Positions 36,489 to 45,123 of a stretch of DNA of 64,000 nt are shown in pieces. Below the pieces are notes generated by a model, which did not search any database, had not been told where the DNA came from, and worked only from the letters and a program-made list of their open reading frames with translations. The translations under genes and the position numbers were made by a program. The stretch comes from an uncultured archaeon (lineage in GTDB: Archaea > Aenigmatarchaeota > Aenigmatarchaeia > CG10238-14 > SCSR01): contig CAYJVM010000001.1 in the NCBI GenBank assembly GCA_964373665.1, forward strand, positions 9,546 through 73,545, written 5' to 3'. How positions within the stretch are numbered: position 1 is the stretch's first letter; each line of letters begins with the position of its first letter.

Positions 36489-37031
36489 ATGGGAAACAAT
36501 TGGTACGTCGTCACTGGCGGACCGAATTCCGGCAAGACGACTCTGATAAACAAGCTGGCAAGCATGGGCTATTTGACAAGCCAGGAATACTCGAGGTTCT
36601 TCATCGACAGGGAGCTCAAGAAAGGAAGGGTATTGGACGAGATAAGGAAGGACAGCCTCAAGTTCCAGAATGACATAATAAAGGTCAAGCTAAAGCTGGA
36701 GCATGATGCCCAGAAAGACAAGACGGTCTTTTTCGACAGGGGCCTGCCGGATTCCATCGCATATTATAAGGTGTTGAAGATACAGATGCCGAAAGGTCTG
36801 ATTGAGCTGTGCAGGAACAGGTACAGGAAGATCTTCCTTTTGGACATGTTGCCGTACAGGCAGGATTACGCAAGGAATGAGTCCAAGAAGCAGGCCTACA
36901 GGATCCACAGGACTATAAGAAAGGTGTATGAAATGCTGGGTTACAGAATCGTAAGGGTTCCTGTCATCTCTGTGGAGGAACGGGCTAGAATGGTTATAGA
37001 GAATCTAGCCAAAGACCAGCCTAAATCTTGA
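36489..37031 (+). CDS. P-loop NTPase / predicted kinase (AAA_28, NadR-like ATPase family)
   Basis: Walker A VTGGPNSGKTTL. Start moved to ATG 36489 so it does not overlap the HIT gene. Confidence 0.5.
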   Translation: MGNNWYVVTGGPNSGKTTLINKLASMGYLTSQEYSRFFIDRELKKGRVLDEIRKDSLKFQNDIIKVKLKLEHDAQKDKTVFFDRGLPDSIAYYKVLKIQMPKGLIELCRNRYRKIFLLDMLPYRQDYARNESKKQAYRIHRTIRKVYEMLGYRIVRVPVISVEERARMVIENLAKDQPKS

Positions 37032-37340
37032 CCTGTCTGGTCTCCATCCAGCGCTCATCATAGACCTTAGCTTGTACTCGCTCCAATTCCTATGCTGTAT
37101 ATGCCCTAATTCATGGTCAAGGACAAACGGATCGTTGTATCTCAGCCAAACGCGGTTAATACCGTCGGTCATTCCCAGCACATGCTCTTCCAAATAGGCG
37201 CCAACCTTGACGAAAATGTATCGTGCGCGTTCCGCATAGCTGGGCCTTTCGTATTTGTACGTTGGCTCGTGTTCGCTGTCATCCTTCGGTAGAGCCAAAA
37301 ACTCGTCATAAAGACGTTTAAGGTATTCGACAAGGCTCAT
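37005..37340 (-). CDS. Small HExxH-motif protein (possible minimal metallopeptidase-like)
   Basis: DHELGHIQH; 111 aa; ATGA overlap with the upstream 49-aa ORF. Confidence 0.35.
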   Translation of the reverse strand: MSLVEYLKRLYDEFLALPKDDSEHEPTYKYERPSYAERARYIFVKVGAYLEEHVLGMTDGINRVWLRYNDPFVLDHELGHIQHRNWSEYKLRSMMSAGWRPDRSRFRLVFG

Positions 37341-37486
37341 AACTTCTTTCTTTTCTTCAAAGTTTTTATCCTCGTCTCCTCTCCGGACAGCGGAATCAGT
37401 TCCCTTTCAAGCTGCTTGTCGTCAAGCCCAGGATGCATACTTTTGAATTTCTTGAGCCTTTTCCTTATCAGCTCGTCATCTGACAT
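37337..37486 (-). CDS. Small Lys-rich protein (49 aa), co-translated with the HExxH gene
   Basis: MSDDELIRKRLKKFKSMHPGLDDKQLERELIPLSGEETRIKTLKKRKKL, found by hand translation (below the track threshold). Confidence 0.3.
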   Translation of the reverse strand: MSDDELIRKRLKKFKSMHPGLDDKQLERELIPLSGEETRIKTLKKRKKL

Positions 37487-37497
37487 AATTTAAAATG
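37486..37497 (+). promoter_or_regulatory. Putative archaeal TATA box for tRNA-Gly
   Basis: aatttaaaatg centred ~-28 from the tRNA 5' end. Confidence 0.3.
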
Positions 37498-37523
37498 TTA
37501 TGCCTAATATAAATTAACAACAT

Positions 37524-37608
37524 GCGCCGATAGTCTAGTCTGGTAGGACATCAAACTTTGTGTAAGCCTTCCAAGCTGAACGCATGGGTTCAAATCCCGT
37601 TCGGCGCA
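37524..37608 (+). tRNA. tRNA-Gly (anticodon TCC) with a ~12-nt non-canonical intron near positions 26-30
   Basis: Acceptor GCGCCGA/TCGGCGC. D-arm GTCT-AGTCTGGTA-GGAC. T-arm ATGGG-TTCAAAT-CCCGT. Anticodon arm TAAGC-CUUCCAA-GCTGA (the typical Gly-UCC loop). 12 extra nt (TCAAACTTTGTG) lie between the D-arm and anticodon stem. Confidence 0.6.
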
Positions 37609-37670
37609 CTAGAACTTTAAAGAAATAGAGAAAAATTAAAGAAAAACTCAAAAATTAGCGATGGATTGTC

Positions 37671-37826
37671 TCATTGCTTTCCAGCTAATTTCTTGCTTTT
37701 TACGAAAGCCCAAATCCTCTTTGTCATTTCGCTAGGTGCGATATTTCCAGAGCCGAAAACCTGTTCAACGGTTTCCTTTCTTCCCTTGAAGCTGATGGTA
37801 TATCCACCGAATGCTTTCTTTGCCAT
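37671..37826 (-). CDS. Small basic protein (51 aa) with a strong Shine-Dalgarno site
   Basis: MAKKAFGGYTISFKGRKETVEQVFGSGNIAPSEMTKRIWAFVKSKKLAGKQ; AAGGAGGT lies 6 nt upstream of the ATG. It is missing from the track (<60 aa). Confidence 0.45.
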   Translation of the reverse strand: MAKKAFGGYTISFKGRKETVEQVFGSGNIAPSEMTKRIWAFVKSKKLAGKQ

Positions 37827-37908
37827 TTAACTACCTCCTTAATTTAAATGGAGATTTTGGCTTAAATACTATTTTGTCTTGATCCCCCTTATCGAGAAAC
37901 TGAATTCA

Positions 37909-38301
37909 CTAACTTTTCCACACAAAAGAATATTTCATTGGCATGAAAGCTTCCAAATCGCTTTGATATCCGCATCCTGTACAACTATAGCCGATTGTAA
38001 CATCCCTATCCAACAAGTTCTTTACTCGCAATGGTTCTATTTCAGAATGACATATAGGACAGTTGATTATTTTCTGCAGCTTCAAAGCCTTCTTCGTCTT
38101 CGCCTTTACCTCCACTTCAGGTATCTCCAAGGCCGCTCTTTTCACCCTAGTGGGTGAGACGACATAATTCTTGTTTTCCTGCCTCAATCTCTTGGAAACC
38201 AGTCTTGCCAATTCCTCCTGCGAGCTGACCTTCAAATGAGACGATAAAACAGCCTTGACAATGTCCTGCAATTTGTGCTTTGAAGGAATCCTTTTATCCA
38301 T
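37909..38301 (-). CDS. Zn-ribbon protein (C-terminal CPIC...CTGC), possible nucleic-acid-binding factor
   Basis: Start moved to Met-41 (MDKRIPS..) because the longer track ORF overlaps tRNA-Ser. CPICHSE..CTGCGY ribbon. Confidence 0.4.
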   Translation of the reverse strand: MDKRIPSKHKLQDIVKAVLSSHLKVSSQEELARLVSKRLRQENKNYVVSPTRVKRAALEIPEVEVKAKTKKALKLQKIINCPICHSEIEPLRVKNLLDRDVTIGYSCTGCGYQSDLEAFMPMKYSFVWKS

Positions 38302-38339
38302 AATAAGAATATAGACTTTGTAATTAATGTTATGCTTAT

Positions 38340-38436
38340 GCTGAGGTCGCCTAACCTGGTATAATTTCGGGAAATGGCGCCAGCCTGGAAAGCTGGTTGG
38401 CTTCGGCCTGTATGGGTTCAAATCCCATCCTCAGCG
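38340..38436 (+). tRNA. tRNA-Ser (anticodon GGA), class II, with a ~13-nt intron inside the D-loop
   Basis: Acceptor GCTGAGG/CCTCAGC, discriminator G. Anticodon arm CCAGC-CUGGAAA-GCTGG. Long variable arm TTGGCTTCGGCCTGT. T-arm ATGGG-TTCAAAT-CCCAT. The D region is 24 nt (TAACCTGGTATAATTTCGGGAAAT) between GCC and GGC, about 13 nt too long. Confidence 0.6.
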
Positions 38437-38489
38437 CTTTGGCATAACTAATGTCATCTACGTAGTAGAATTAAAAATTCATCCAGCAT

Positions 38490-39185
38490 TCATTTATCCA
38501 TATAAAACATTTTCTTCTTCTCAGGAAACCTCTCGATCGCATATCTTAATGCAGTCCTAGGCATCGTTTTATAGTGCTTCCTAAGAAATCCCTCTTCGGC
38601 GTTAATATCAACCTTTCCAACCTCCCTCAGCATCCACCCAACGGCCTTGTGTATGAGATCGTGCTTGTCCTCCATAAGCATCTGGGAAACAGCAAAAGTG
38701 TCTTCGAACTTTCCATTCCTTATGGAATGCATAGTAGCGATTATGGCTATCCTTCTCTCCCACAGGTTTCCTGATTTAGCAAGTCTGTATATAACAGACC
38801 TGCCGCCGTTCTCTATGAACGGACCCACTATTCTGTGCGCGCTAAGGTCTACCAAATCCCAGTTGTTAACTTTTTTCGCATTTCTTATGTAGAAATCAAA
38901 TATTCGTTTCTTGACCGCTTCATCGCCGTCATCAAACTTTTTCACAAGAATCAAGAGTGCTGCAAGCCTGTGCTCGTGTACCTCGCTGTCGAGAAGTTTC
39001 TCCACATCGTCCAAGCTCATCATGGGATACTTGTGTGCTATAGTCCTTACATCAGGAACTTGTATACCCAAAAACTTGTCTCCCTCACCATACTCACCCT
39101 TGCCGGTTTTGAAAAACCCCGAAAGTATCTCAGCCTTCTTCCTATCCCTCATCTTTTCCATGTCGGCTACAAGCCTTTTCAACAT
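38490..39185 (-). CDS. DNA alkylation repair protein (AlkD/AlkC-like HEAT-repeat glycosylase family)
   Basis: 231 aa; NWDLVDLSAH and helical-repeat pattern of the PF08713 family. Confidence 0.55.
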   Translation of the reverse strand: MLKRLVADMEKMRDRKKAEILSGFFKTGKGEYGEGDKFLGIQVPDVRTIAHKYPMMSLDDVEKLLDSEVHEHRLAALLILVKKFDDGDEAVKKRIFDFYIRNAKKVNNWDLVDLSAHRIVGPFIENGGRSVIYRLAKSGNLWERRIAIIATMHSIRNGKFEDTFAVSQMLMEDKHDLIHKAVGWMLREVGKVDINAEEGFLRKHYKTMPRTALRYAIERFPEKKKMFYMDK

Positions 39186-39191
39186 AAGCGC

Positions 39192-39662
39192 TCAGTCCAG
39201 CAATGCCTTGATAAGATCCGACCGTGAAACAATACCAACTAATTTCCCGACCTCTATGACAGGCAGCCTGTCTATCTCATACTTGTCCATTGTGTTTGCC
39301 GCTTCCAATATACTCACATCTGGGGCAACTGATATGACACCCTTGGTCATAAAGTCTTTGACCTTGAATTTCGACAGTCTTTCAATCTCCCTTTTTAAAT
39401 CAATCTCCCCCTTCAATAGAGTGAGCAAAACAATGCTGATAGAATGCGGCTCTGCTGCCAGGGCGGCGTTGTTCTTCGACAAATCGATTTTCATGAATTT
39501 TATTATATCGGCCTCGGTGATCATACCTATGACCTTATTGCCGCGCACAACTGGCATGCCGGACAGATGGTATTTGGACATGATTTCCGCGGCCTTGAAT
39601 ATGGAATAACTAGGTCGTGTTTTCTTAACCTTCTTTTTCATATAGTCCTTTACAAGCTTCAT
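39192..39662 (-). CDS. Tandem CBS-domain protein
   Basis: Two CBS repeats (..MTKGVISVAPD..SILEAANTM.. / ..MSKYHLSGMPVV..). Confidence 0.7.
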   Translation of the reverse strand: MKLVKDYMKKKVKKTRPSYSIFKAAEIMSKYHLSGMPVVRGNKVIGMITEADIIKFMKIDLSKNNAALAAEPHSISIVLLTLLKGEIDLKREIERLSKFKVKDFMTKGVISVAPDVSILEAANTMDKYEIDRLPVIEVGKLVGIVSRSDLIKALLD

Positions 39663-39699
39663 CGCGACTAGTATTATTTCGCTTTGAATCGTTATGAAC

Positions 39700-40026
39700 T
39701 TATCTGATTCTGCTGCCTAGTTCTATGTCCTTGATAGGCTGCAGCAACACAACAGTTCCTTTTCCGTCATCTGCCGCAAGTATCATGCATTGGCTTTCCT
39801 CGCCCATGAAGTTCTTTCTCTCGAGGTTAAGAACGAAAATGAATTTGTTTCCTATAAGTTCCTCCTTTGAATAATAGTTCTGCAGTCCTGCAACAGCTTG
39901 TCTTTGCTCGTCTCCAAAGTCCACAATGAGCTTTATCAAGTTCTTCGAACCTTCGATATCTTGGACATCCTTCACTAATCCTACTCTAATGTCCAGCTTC
40001 TTGAAATCCTCGAAAGGAACTTCCAT
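39700..40026 (-). CDS. Stand-alone tRNA-binding domain protein (Trbp111/CsaA/MetRS-C-terminal-like OB fold)
   Basis: LDIRVGLVKDVQDIEGSKNLIKLIVDFGDEQRQAVAGL. Start moved to Met-19. Confidence 0.6.
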   Translation of the reverse strand: MEVPFEDFKKLDIRVGLVKDVQDIEGSKNLIKLIVDFGDEQRQAVAGLQNYYSKEELIGNKFIFVLNLERKNFMGEESQCMILAADDGKGTVVLLQPIKDIELGSRIR

Positions 40027-40078
40027 AAGGAAATTTACTTCGCCAAAGTTTATATAAACGGTGTGACAGGTATGAAGC

Positions 40079-41164
40079 ATGGATAGAATTATAATGCATA
40101 TAGACTTGGATGCATTCTACGCCGCTGTTGAGGAAAGGGAGAATCCTGAACTGAAAGGCAAGTCGGTGATAATTGGTGCGGATCCTAAGAATGGGCTCGG
40201 TAGGGGGGTTGTAGCTACATGCAATTATTCGGCAAGGGAATTCGGAGTACGTTCGGCCATGCCGATATCAACGGCCTGGAAGCTTTGTCCTGATGGGGTG
40301 TATCTGAGGCCAAACTTTCCCCTTTACGCCGAAGCTTCGCACAAAACAATGGAAATAATTAGAAAGTATGCAGACAAGTTCCAGCAGCTGAGCATAGACG
40401 AAGCATTCATAGACGTGACGGATAAAGTTAATGGTTTTGAGGACGCTGTCAAGTTGGGTGAGAAATTAAAGAGGGAAATTATGGACAAGGAGAAGATAAG
40501 TTCGTCTGTTGGAATTGGTTCCAATAAACTAATTGCCAAACTCGCGTCGGATTACAAAAAGCCGTATGGACTTACGGTCGTAAAGCCGGAAGATGTGGTA
40601 AAATTCCTCAATCCTATGACAGTAAGGAAATTGATAGGCGTCGGACCGAAAACAGAGGCTGCGCTTAAAGAGATGGGAATTGAGAGAGTGGAGCAACTTT
40701 CCAGAGTCAACGTCGCAAAATTAACCCATGTTTTTGGCAAGTTCGGCTACAGATTGAATGAGATGTCACGAGGCATAGACACGAGCCAAGTCTTGGAAGA
40801 AGGCCAGGTCAAGTCGATAGGCAAGGAGGTCACATTTGAGGATGACGTAAAAGAAGCAGAACTGATATTCAAGGCAATAGAATATTTAGTTGATGAATTC
40901 CACTCTGAAATAATCTCAGGCGGCATCCAGTTCAAGACTGTGAATCTTAAGGTGAGATATGAAGGATTCGAAACACATACCCGCGCAAAGACATTGGATT
41001 ACACAAACAGAAAGGACATCATTATAAAAACGGCAAATGGCTTGGTCAAGCCATTCCTCAATGGGAAAAAGAAAATAAGGCTAATAGGCGTAAGAGTTTC
41101 GGGCATCAAATTCATGGGTAAGGAAAACCTGCGCCATCTGGTATCCCGTTATATACGGCAATAA
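40079..41164 (+). CDS. dbh: Y-family DNA polymerase IV (Dbh/Dpo4)
   Basis: HIDLDAFYAAVEE...; SIDEAFIDVT; 361 aa. Confidence 0.85.
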   Translation: MDRIIMHIDLDAFYAAVEERENPELKGKSVIIGADPKNGLGRGVVATCNYSAREFGVRSAMPISTAWKLCPDGVYLRPNFPLYAEASHKTMEIIRKYADKFQQLSIDEAFIDVTDKVNGFEDAVKLGEKLKREIMDKEKISSSVGIGSNKLIAKLASDYKKPYGLTVVKPEDVVKFLNPMTVRKLIGVGPKTEAALKEMGIERVEQLSRVNVAKLTHVFGKFGYRLNEMSRGIDTSQVLEEGQVKSIGKEVTFEDDVKEAELIFKAIEYLVDEFHSEIISGGIQFKTVNLKVRYEGFETHTRAKTLDYTNRKDIIIKTANGLVKPFLNGKKKIRLIGVRVSGIKFMGKENLRHLVSRYIRQ

Positions 41165-41284
41165 ATTCCGTAAAGCGATTCAATTCATTCGGATCCTTGT
41201 TCAAAATAACGTTGTGCGCCCTCACATAAGGCGAGTCTGGTGAATTCACATAGTTGGATTTATATATACCGATACAATCTTCGA

Positions 41285-41293
41285 TTTTTTTTT
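41285..41293 (+). terminator. Oligo-T tract in the convergent dbh/metG intergenic region
   Basis: tttttttt run; archaeal terminators are oligo-T. Confidence 0.25.
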
Positions 41294-41400
41294 CGCGTCT
41301 AAACTTTCGCAAAGGTATGGAGCATTGGAACTTGTCTACGCGGTTTGCGTGACTAGGATTGTAGATCCGGCGACACGAAAAGTATATCCGTGAAATAAAC

Positions 41401-42879
41401 TCAAATCTTTATGTCAACCTTTTTGAACAGGTACTCGCCTTTTTTAACCTTTCCAACGAACTTGCCGAATTTACAATCTTCCAGAGATCCAGGCTTGACT
41501 CCAAACTGTCTGTTTATTTTCTCCGCAGTCTCTGGCATGAAAGGAGAAATCAAGATTCCTATAATCCGACATGACTCCAGCAGGTTATAAAGCACATTGC
41601 CCAAATCTTCACCTTCAAGTTTCCAAGGCTCCTTCTGATTTATGTACTTGTTTGTAGCCCTGATAAATTCCCAGATTGTCTCGACTGCCCTGTGCAGTTC
41701 TAGGTTCTCCATATAGTGTTCGATCTCATCAAGATGGAGATGCTGGTTCAATTCAGGCTGTCCATCAATCTTTCCCTTGAATTTCTCTACCATAGTGAGC
41801 ACTCTATAAAGAAGATTGCCAAGATCATCCGCTAGCTCTCCATTGATTTTATGAATAAATTCATGCTCAGAAAAGTTCCCGTCTTCACCGAAAGGAAATT
41901 CCCTAATTAAATAGTATCTGACCGCGTCCACCGAATATTCTTCAGAAAGCTTTACCGGATCCACCACATTGCCTAACGTCTTGCTCATCTTCTGCCCGTC
42001 TATTGTGAAGTAGCCATGTGCGAAGAACTTTTTCGGCGCCTTTAATCCTATAGCAAGCAGTTGGGCGGGCCAGATTGTTGCATGGACTCTAAGAATGTCC
42101 TTACCTATCAAATGCAAATCAGCCGGCCAATACTTTTCAAATCTTTTGTTCGGCCATCCTATACCTGTAACGTAATTAAGGAATGCATCAATCCAAACAT
42201 ACGTAGTCTGAGTCTCATCCCATGGTATCTTTATACCCCACTTGACTTTTGCGCGGGATATAGAAATGTCTTCCAACTTGTTGTTTTCAAGAAAAGACAG
42301 TATTTCATTCTTTCTTGCATCTGGCTTGATAATAATGTCATCATGGTTTATCTTCTGGTACAAAATGTTGTGGAATTTGGAAAGGCTGAAAAAGTATGAT
42401 TCCTCATTCCTAAGCTCGGGTTTTTTCAGATGGTCCGGGCATTTACCGTCAACAAGCTCGGATTCTGTTCTGTATCGTTCGCATCCTACACAGTAAAGTC
42501 CCTGGTAAGTTCCTTTATAGATATACCCCATATCACGAAGGGTTTTGAGCATCTTTTCAACTGCTTTGACATGGTACTCATCTGTTGTCCTAATGAAATG
42601 ATCATAGCTAATGTTCAGAACTTTCCACGAGTCTTTGAACTTTTTTGAAATCTCGTCGCAGAACTTCTTCGGCGGTTTTCCGGCAGCCTGTGCAGTTTGC
42701 TCTATTTTTTCACCATGCTCGTCAGTTCCGGTAAGGAAAAATACATCTTCATCCTTCAGTCTGTGCCAACGGGCAATTACATCCGCGGCTATCGTCGTGT
42801 AAGCCGTGCCGATATGAGGCTCTGAATTAACGTAATATATTGGGGTTGTAATAAAGAATTTTTTCTTTACGATAATCAC
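41401..42879 (-). CDS. metG: Methionyl-tRNA synthetase (catalytic core + anticodon-binding domain, no C-terminal tRNA-binding domain)
   Basis: PIYYVNSEPHIGTAY (HIGH), Zn knuckle CVGCERY..CPDH, KMSKTLGN (KMSKS). Confidence 0.85.
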   Translation of the reverse strand: MIIVKKKFFITTPIYYVNSEPHIGTAYTTIAADVIARWHRLKDEDVFFLTGTDEHGEKIEQTAQAAGKPPKKFCDEISKKFKDSWKVLNISYDHFIRTTDEYHVKAVEKMLKTLRDMGYIYKGTYQGLYCVGCERYRTESELVDGKCPDHLKKPELRNEESYFFSLSKFHNILYQKINHDDIIIKPDARKNEILSFLENNKLEDISISRAKVKWGIKIPWDETQTTYVWIDAFLNYVTGIGWPNKRFEKYWPADLHLIGKDILRVHATIWPAQLLAIGLKAPKKFFAHGYFTIDGQKMSKTLGNVVDPVKLSEEYSVDAVRYYLIREFPFGEDGNFSEHEFIHKINGELADDLGNLLYRVLTMVEKFKGKIDGQPELNQHLHLDEIEHYMENLELHRAVETIWEFIRATNKYINQKEPWKLEGEDLGNVLYNLLESCRIIGILISPFMPETAEKINRQFGVKPGSLEDCKFGKFVGKVKKGEYLFKKVDIKI

Positions 42880-43010
42880 CTTATTAGATAACGTGAAGAG
42901 TATTTTATTAAGCTAACTGGCCTATATCCTTTCTGAATTGCATACCTTCAAAATAAATTCTCGGCAGAATTTCTTCAGAGTTAAATAGTTTTTCACCAAT
43001 AACAATCTTA

Positions 43011-44165
43011 ATGGTATTAAGATATTCTGATTTTGTTGATTACTCCAAGCTAGATCCTGTTAAAAGAATGGCGTTGGAGATTTTTGAGCCAACTTTGGTT
43101 TATCCTGAAAGATTGGGAATAAGAATTGTGCCAGAAACACTTGGACAGACTGCTGTTGGCTATGATTTCAGTGGTGTCGAAGATTTAGATTTCATCTTAA
43201 CAGGCAACATAGAAGGGCTCGGAACTAAGAACCGAGTGGCAGATGCAATGTACGCTTTTATGCTTCTGGAAAAGAAGAGGATAGCTGACCGGATGAATGC
43301 ACCAAATCTATACAGAGGTCTAGGAAAAGATACAGTTGCAATGTCTGTCAACGATCAAATTCCTCTTGGTGCAGATGTCTTTACCTACCATGATATAATC
43401 TCTTGTGGAAATTCTTCATGGTTTTCAGCGGATGAAGAAAGAATCACGCAATTGTTACTGGGTTATAGAGACGCCGCAGATGAAGGACAATTCGCAATAC
43501 CGCAAGGAGAGACACCAGAGCTAAGAGATGTTGTGAACCCAGAATCTCTCGATCTTGCAGGATTTTCAAATGGTCTGATAAAGCCCCGAAGCAGATTAGT
43601 TACTGGAAGCAGAATACAAGCAGGAGATATTATTTATGGTTTGGAAAGTAGCGGAATACACGCAAATGGACTCACTAAAGCCAGACGAATGGCGGAGAAA
43701 TTACCCAATGATTACTTTACTGATCTAGGAAACGGTCAAGTGTTAGGAGAAGCATTGCTTGTCCCAACTAGGTTGTATTCCCGCCCGGTTATACGTATGT
43801 TCGAATTGGGCGCAGACATACATTATTTGCAGCCGATAACAGGTCATGGGTGGGAAAAGATTGCAAGAGCGAAGGGCCAGTTTGATTACGTGGTTGAAAT
43901 GGTGCCTGAGCCTCCATTTATATTTCAAAAATTGGTCGAATGGAGCAATCATGAATTTGATGTGTCCAACAAGGAAAATTACTTTGTTTGGAACATGGGA
44001 ATAGGCTTCGTGGTTATTGCCCCTGAGAAAGACGAAGCAACCATAAGAAAATCCGCGGAAGAATACGGAATCAGAGCCCATAAAATGGGTTATGTGGATA
44101 ATGGATCAAGAAGAGTTCTGATGCCATTTAATCAAGACGGCAAGCAAGTTGTTTACACTCCATAA
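43011..44165 (+). CDS. purM: Phosphoribosylformylglycinamidine cyclo-ligase (AIR synthetase)
   Basis: GLGTKNRVA N-domain, GLESSGIHANGL C-domain; 384 aa. Confidence 0.7.
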   Translation: MVLRYSDFVDYSKLDPVKRMALEIFEPTLVYPERLGIRIVPETLGQTAVGYDFSGVEDLDFILTGNIEGLGTKNRVADAMYAFMLLEKKRIADRMNAPNLYRGLGKDTVAMSVNDQIPLGADVFTYHDIISCGNSSWFSADEERITQLLLGYRDAADEGQFAIPQGETPELRDVVNPESLDLAGFSNGLIKPRSRLVTGSRIQAGDIIYGLESSGIHANGLTKARRMAEKLPNDYFTDLGNGQVLGEALLVPTRLYSRPVIRMFELGADIHYLQPITGHGWEKIARAKGQFDYVVEMVPEPPFIFQKLVEWSNHEFDVSNKENYFVWNMGIGFVVIAPEKDEATIRKSAEEYGIRAHKMGYVDNGSRRVLMPFNQDGKQVVYTP

Positions 44166-44240
44166 AAACAAAACTTAAAAGCTTTCCTTAGACAGTTTTA
44201 ATTTAAATCCTTTCAAATCGAGTAAAGAATTATAGATTCG

Positions 44241-45098
44241 ATGAGACCTATAAACTTTTCTAACACAATAACACAAACCGATTTATCACACCCTATATAC
44301 AGAAGAGGAAAAGTAAGGGACACGTACGACTTGGGTGATAGGCTTTTGATGGTTTCGACAGATAGAATATCTGCATTTGATGTCGTCCTTCCAACAGGAA
44401 TTCCCTACAAAGGCGAAGTATTGAATACTCTTTCGCTCTGGTGGTTTGACAAGACAAAAGGCATCATGCCAAATCATCTAGTGCGGCAGGTCGACGAAAG
44501 AAGTGTGCTTGTTGACAGGGCATATGTGTTACCAATCGAATGGGTTGTTCGAGGTTACCTGTACGGATCTCTTTGGGCCGATTATAAGGCGGGCAATGAT
44601 TCTTACGGGCTTAAACTTCCGGCTGGCATGAAAGAGGCTGACAAGTTGCCCCGTCCGATATTGACACCGACTACAAAAGCCCTAACAGGTCATGACGAAG
44701 CTTTGTTGCCAGAGCAAGCCGCAGAGATGGTTGGCAGGACACTTTATAGGCAAGTAGAATCGAAACTATTAGAACTATACCAGTTTGCAGAAGAAGAGGC
44801 AGCACATCGCGGAATTATTATTGCAGACACCAAATTCGAGGTAGGGCTGCTGGAAGATCTTCCAATACTGGTTGACGAATTGCTTACTCCAGACTCTTCA
44901 AGATTTTGGCCTATGGATCAGTACGAGCCAGGAAGATCACAGCCAAGCTACGACAAGCAGTATGTGAGAGACTGGCTGGACAGAGATGTTGGATGGAACA
45001 AGGAGCCACCTGCGCCTCCACTGCCTCCAACAATTGTCATAAACACTAGCCAAATATATCAGGAAGCATACGAAAGACTAATAGGCAATGTGTTTTAA
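44241..45098 (+). CDS. purC: SAICAR synthetase
   Basis: RGKVRDTYDLGDRLLMVSTDRISAFD signature. Confidence 0.8.
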   Translation: MRPINFSNTITQTDLSHPIYRRGKVRDTYDLGDRLLMVSTDRISAFDVVLPTGIPYKGEVLNTLSLWWFDKTKGIMPNHLVRQVDERSVLVDRAYVLPIEWVVRGYLYGSLWADYKAGNDSYGLKLPAGMKEADKLPRPILTPTTKALTGHDEALLPEQAAEMVGRTLYRQVESKLLELYQFAEEEAAHRGIIIADTKFEVGLLEDLPILVDELLTPDSSRFWPMDQYEPGRSQPSYDKQYVRDWLDRDVGWNKEPPAPPLPPTIVINTSQIYQEAYERLIGNVF

Positions 45099-45123
45099 TA
45101 AATTCAAGTTCAAATAACTTCTA

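Noticed and set aside
37909-38421. Full 170-aa track ORF on the minus strand
   Set aside because: Its 5' 40 codons overlap tRNA-Ser on the opposite strand, so it was trimmed to the internal Met (38301).
38574-39609. Plus-strand ORFs antisense to the AlkD-like and CBS genes
   Set aside because: They are Ser/Phe-rich low-complexity translations opposite genes with clear domain signatures.
41112-41312. 66-aa minus-strand ORF overlapping the 3' end of dbh
   Set aside because: It overlaps a confident gene and sits in a convergent terminator region; no motif.
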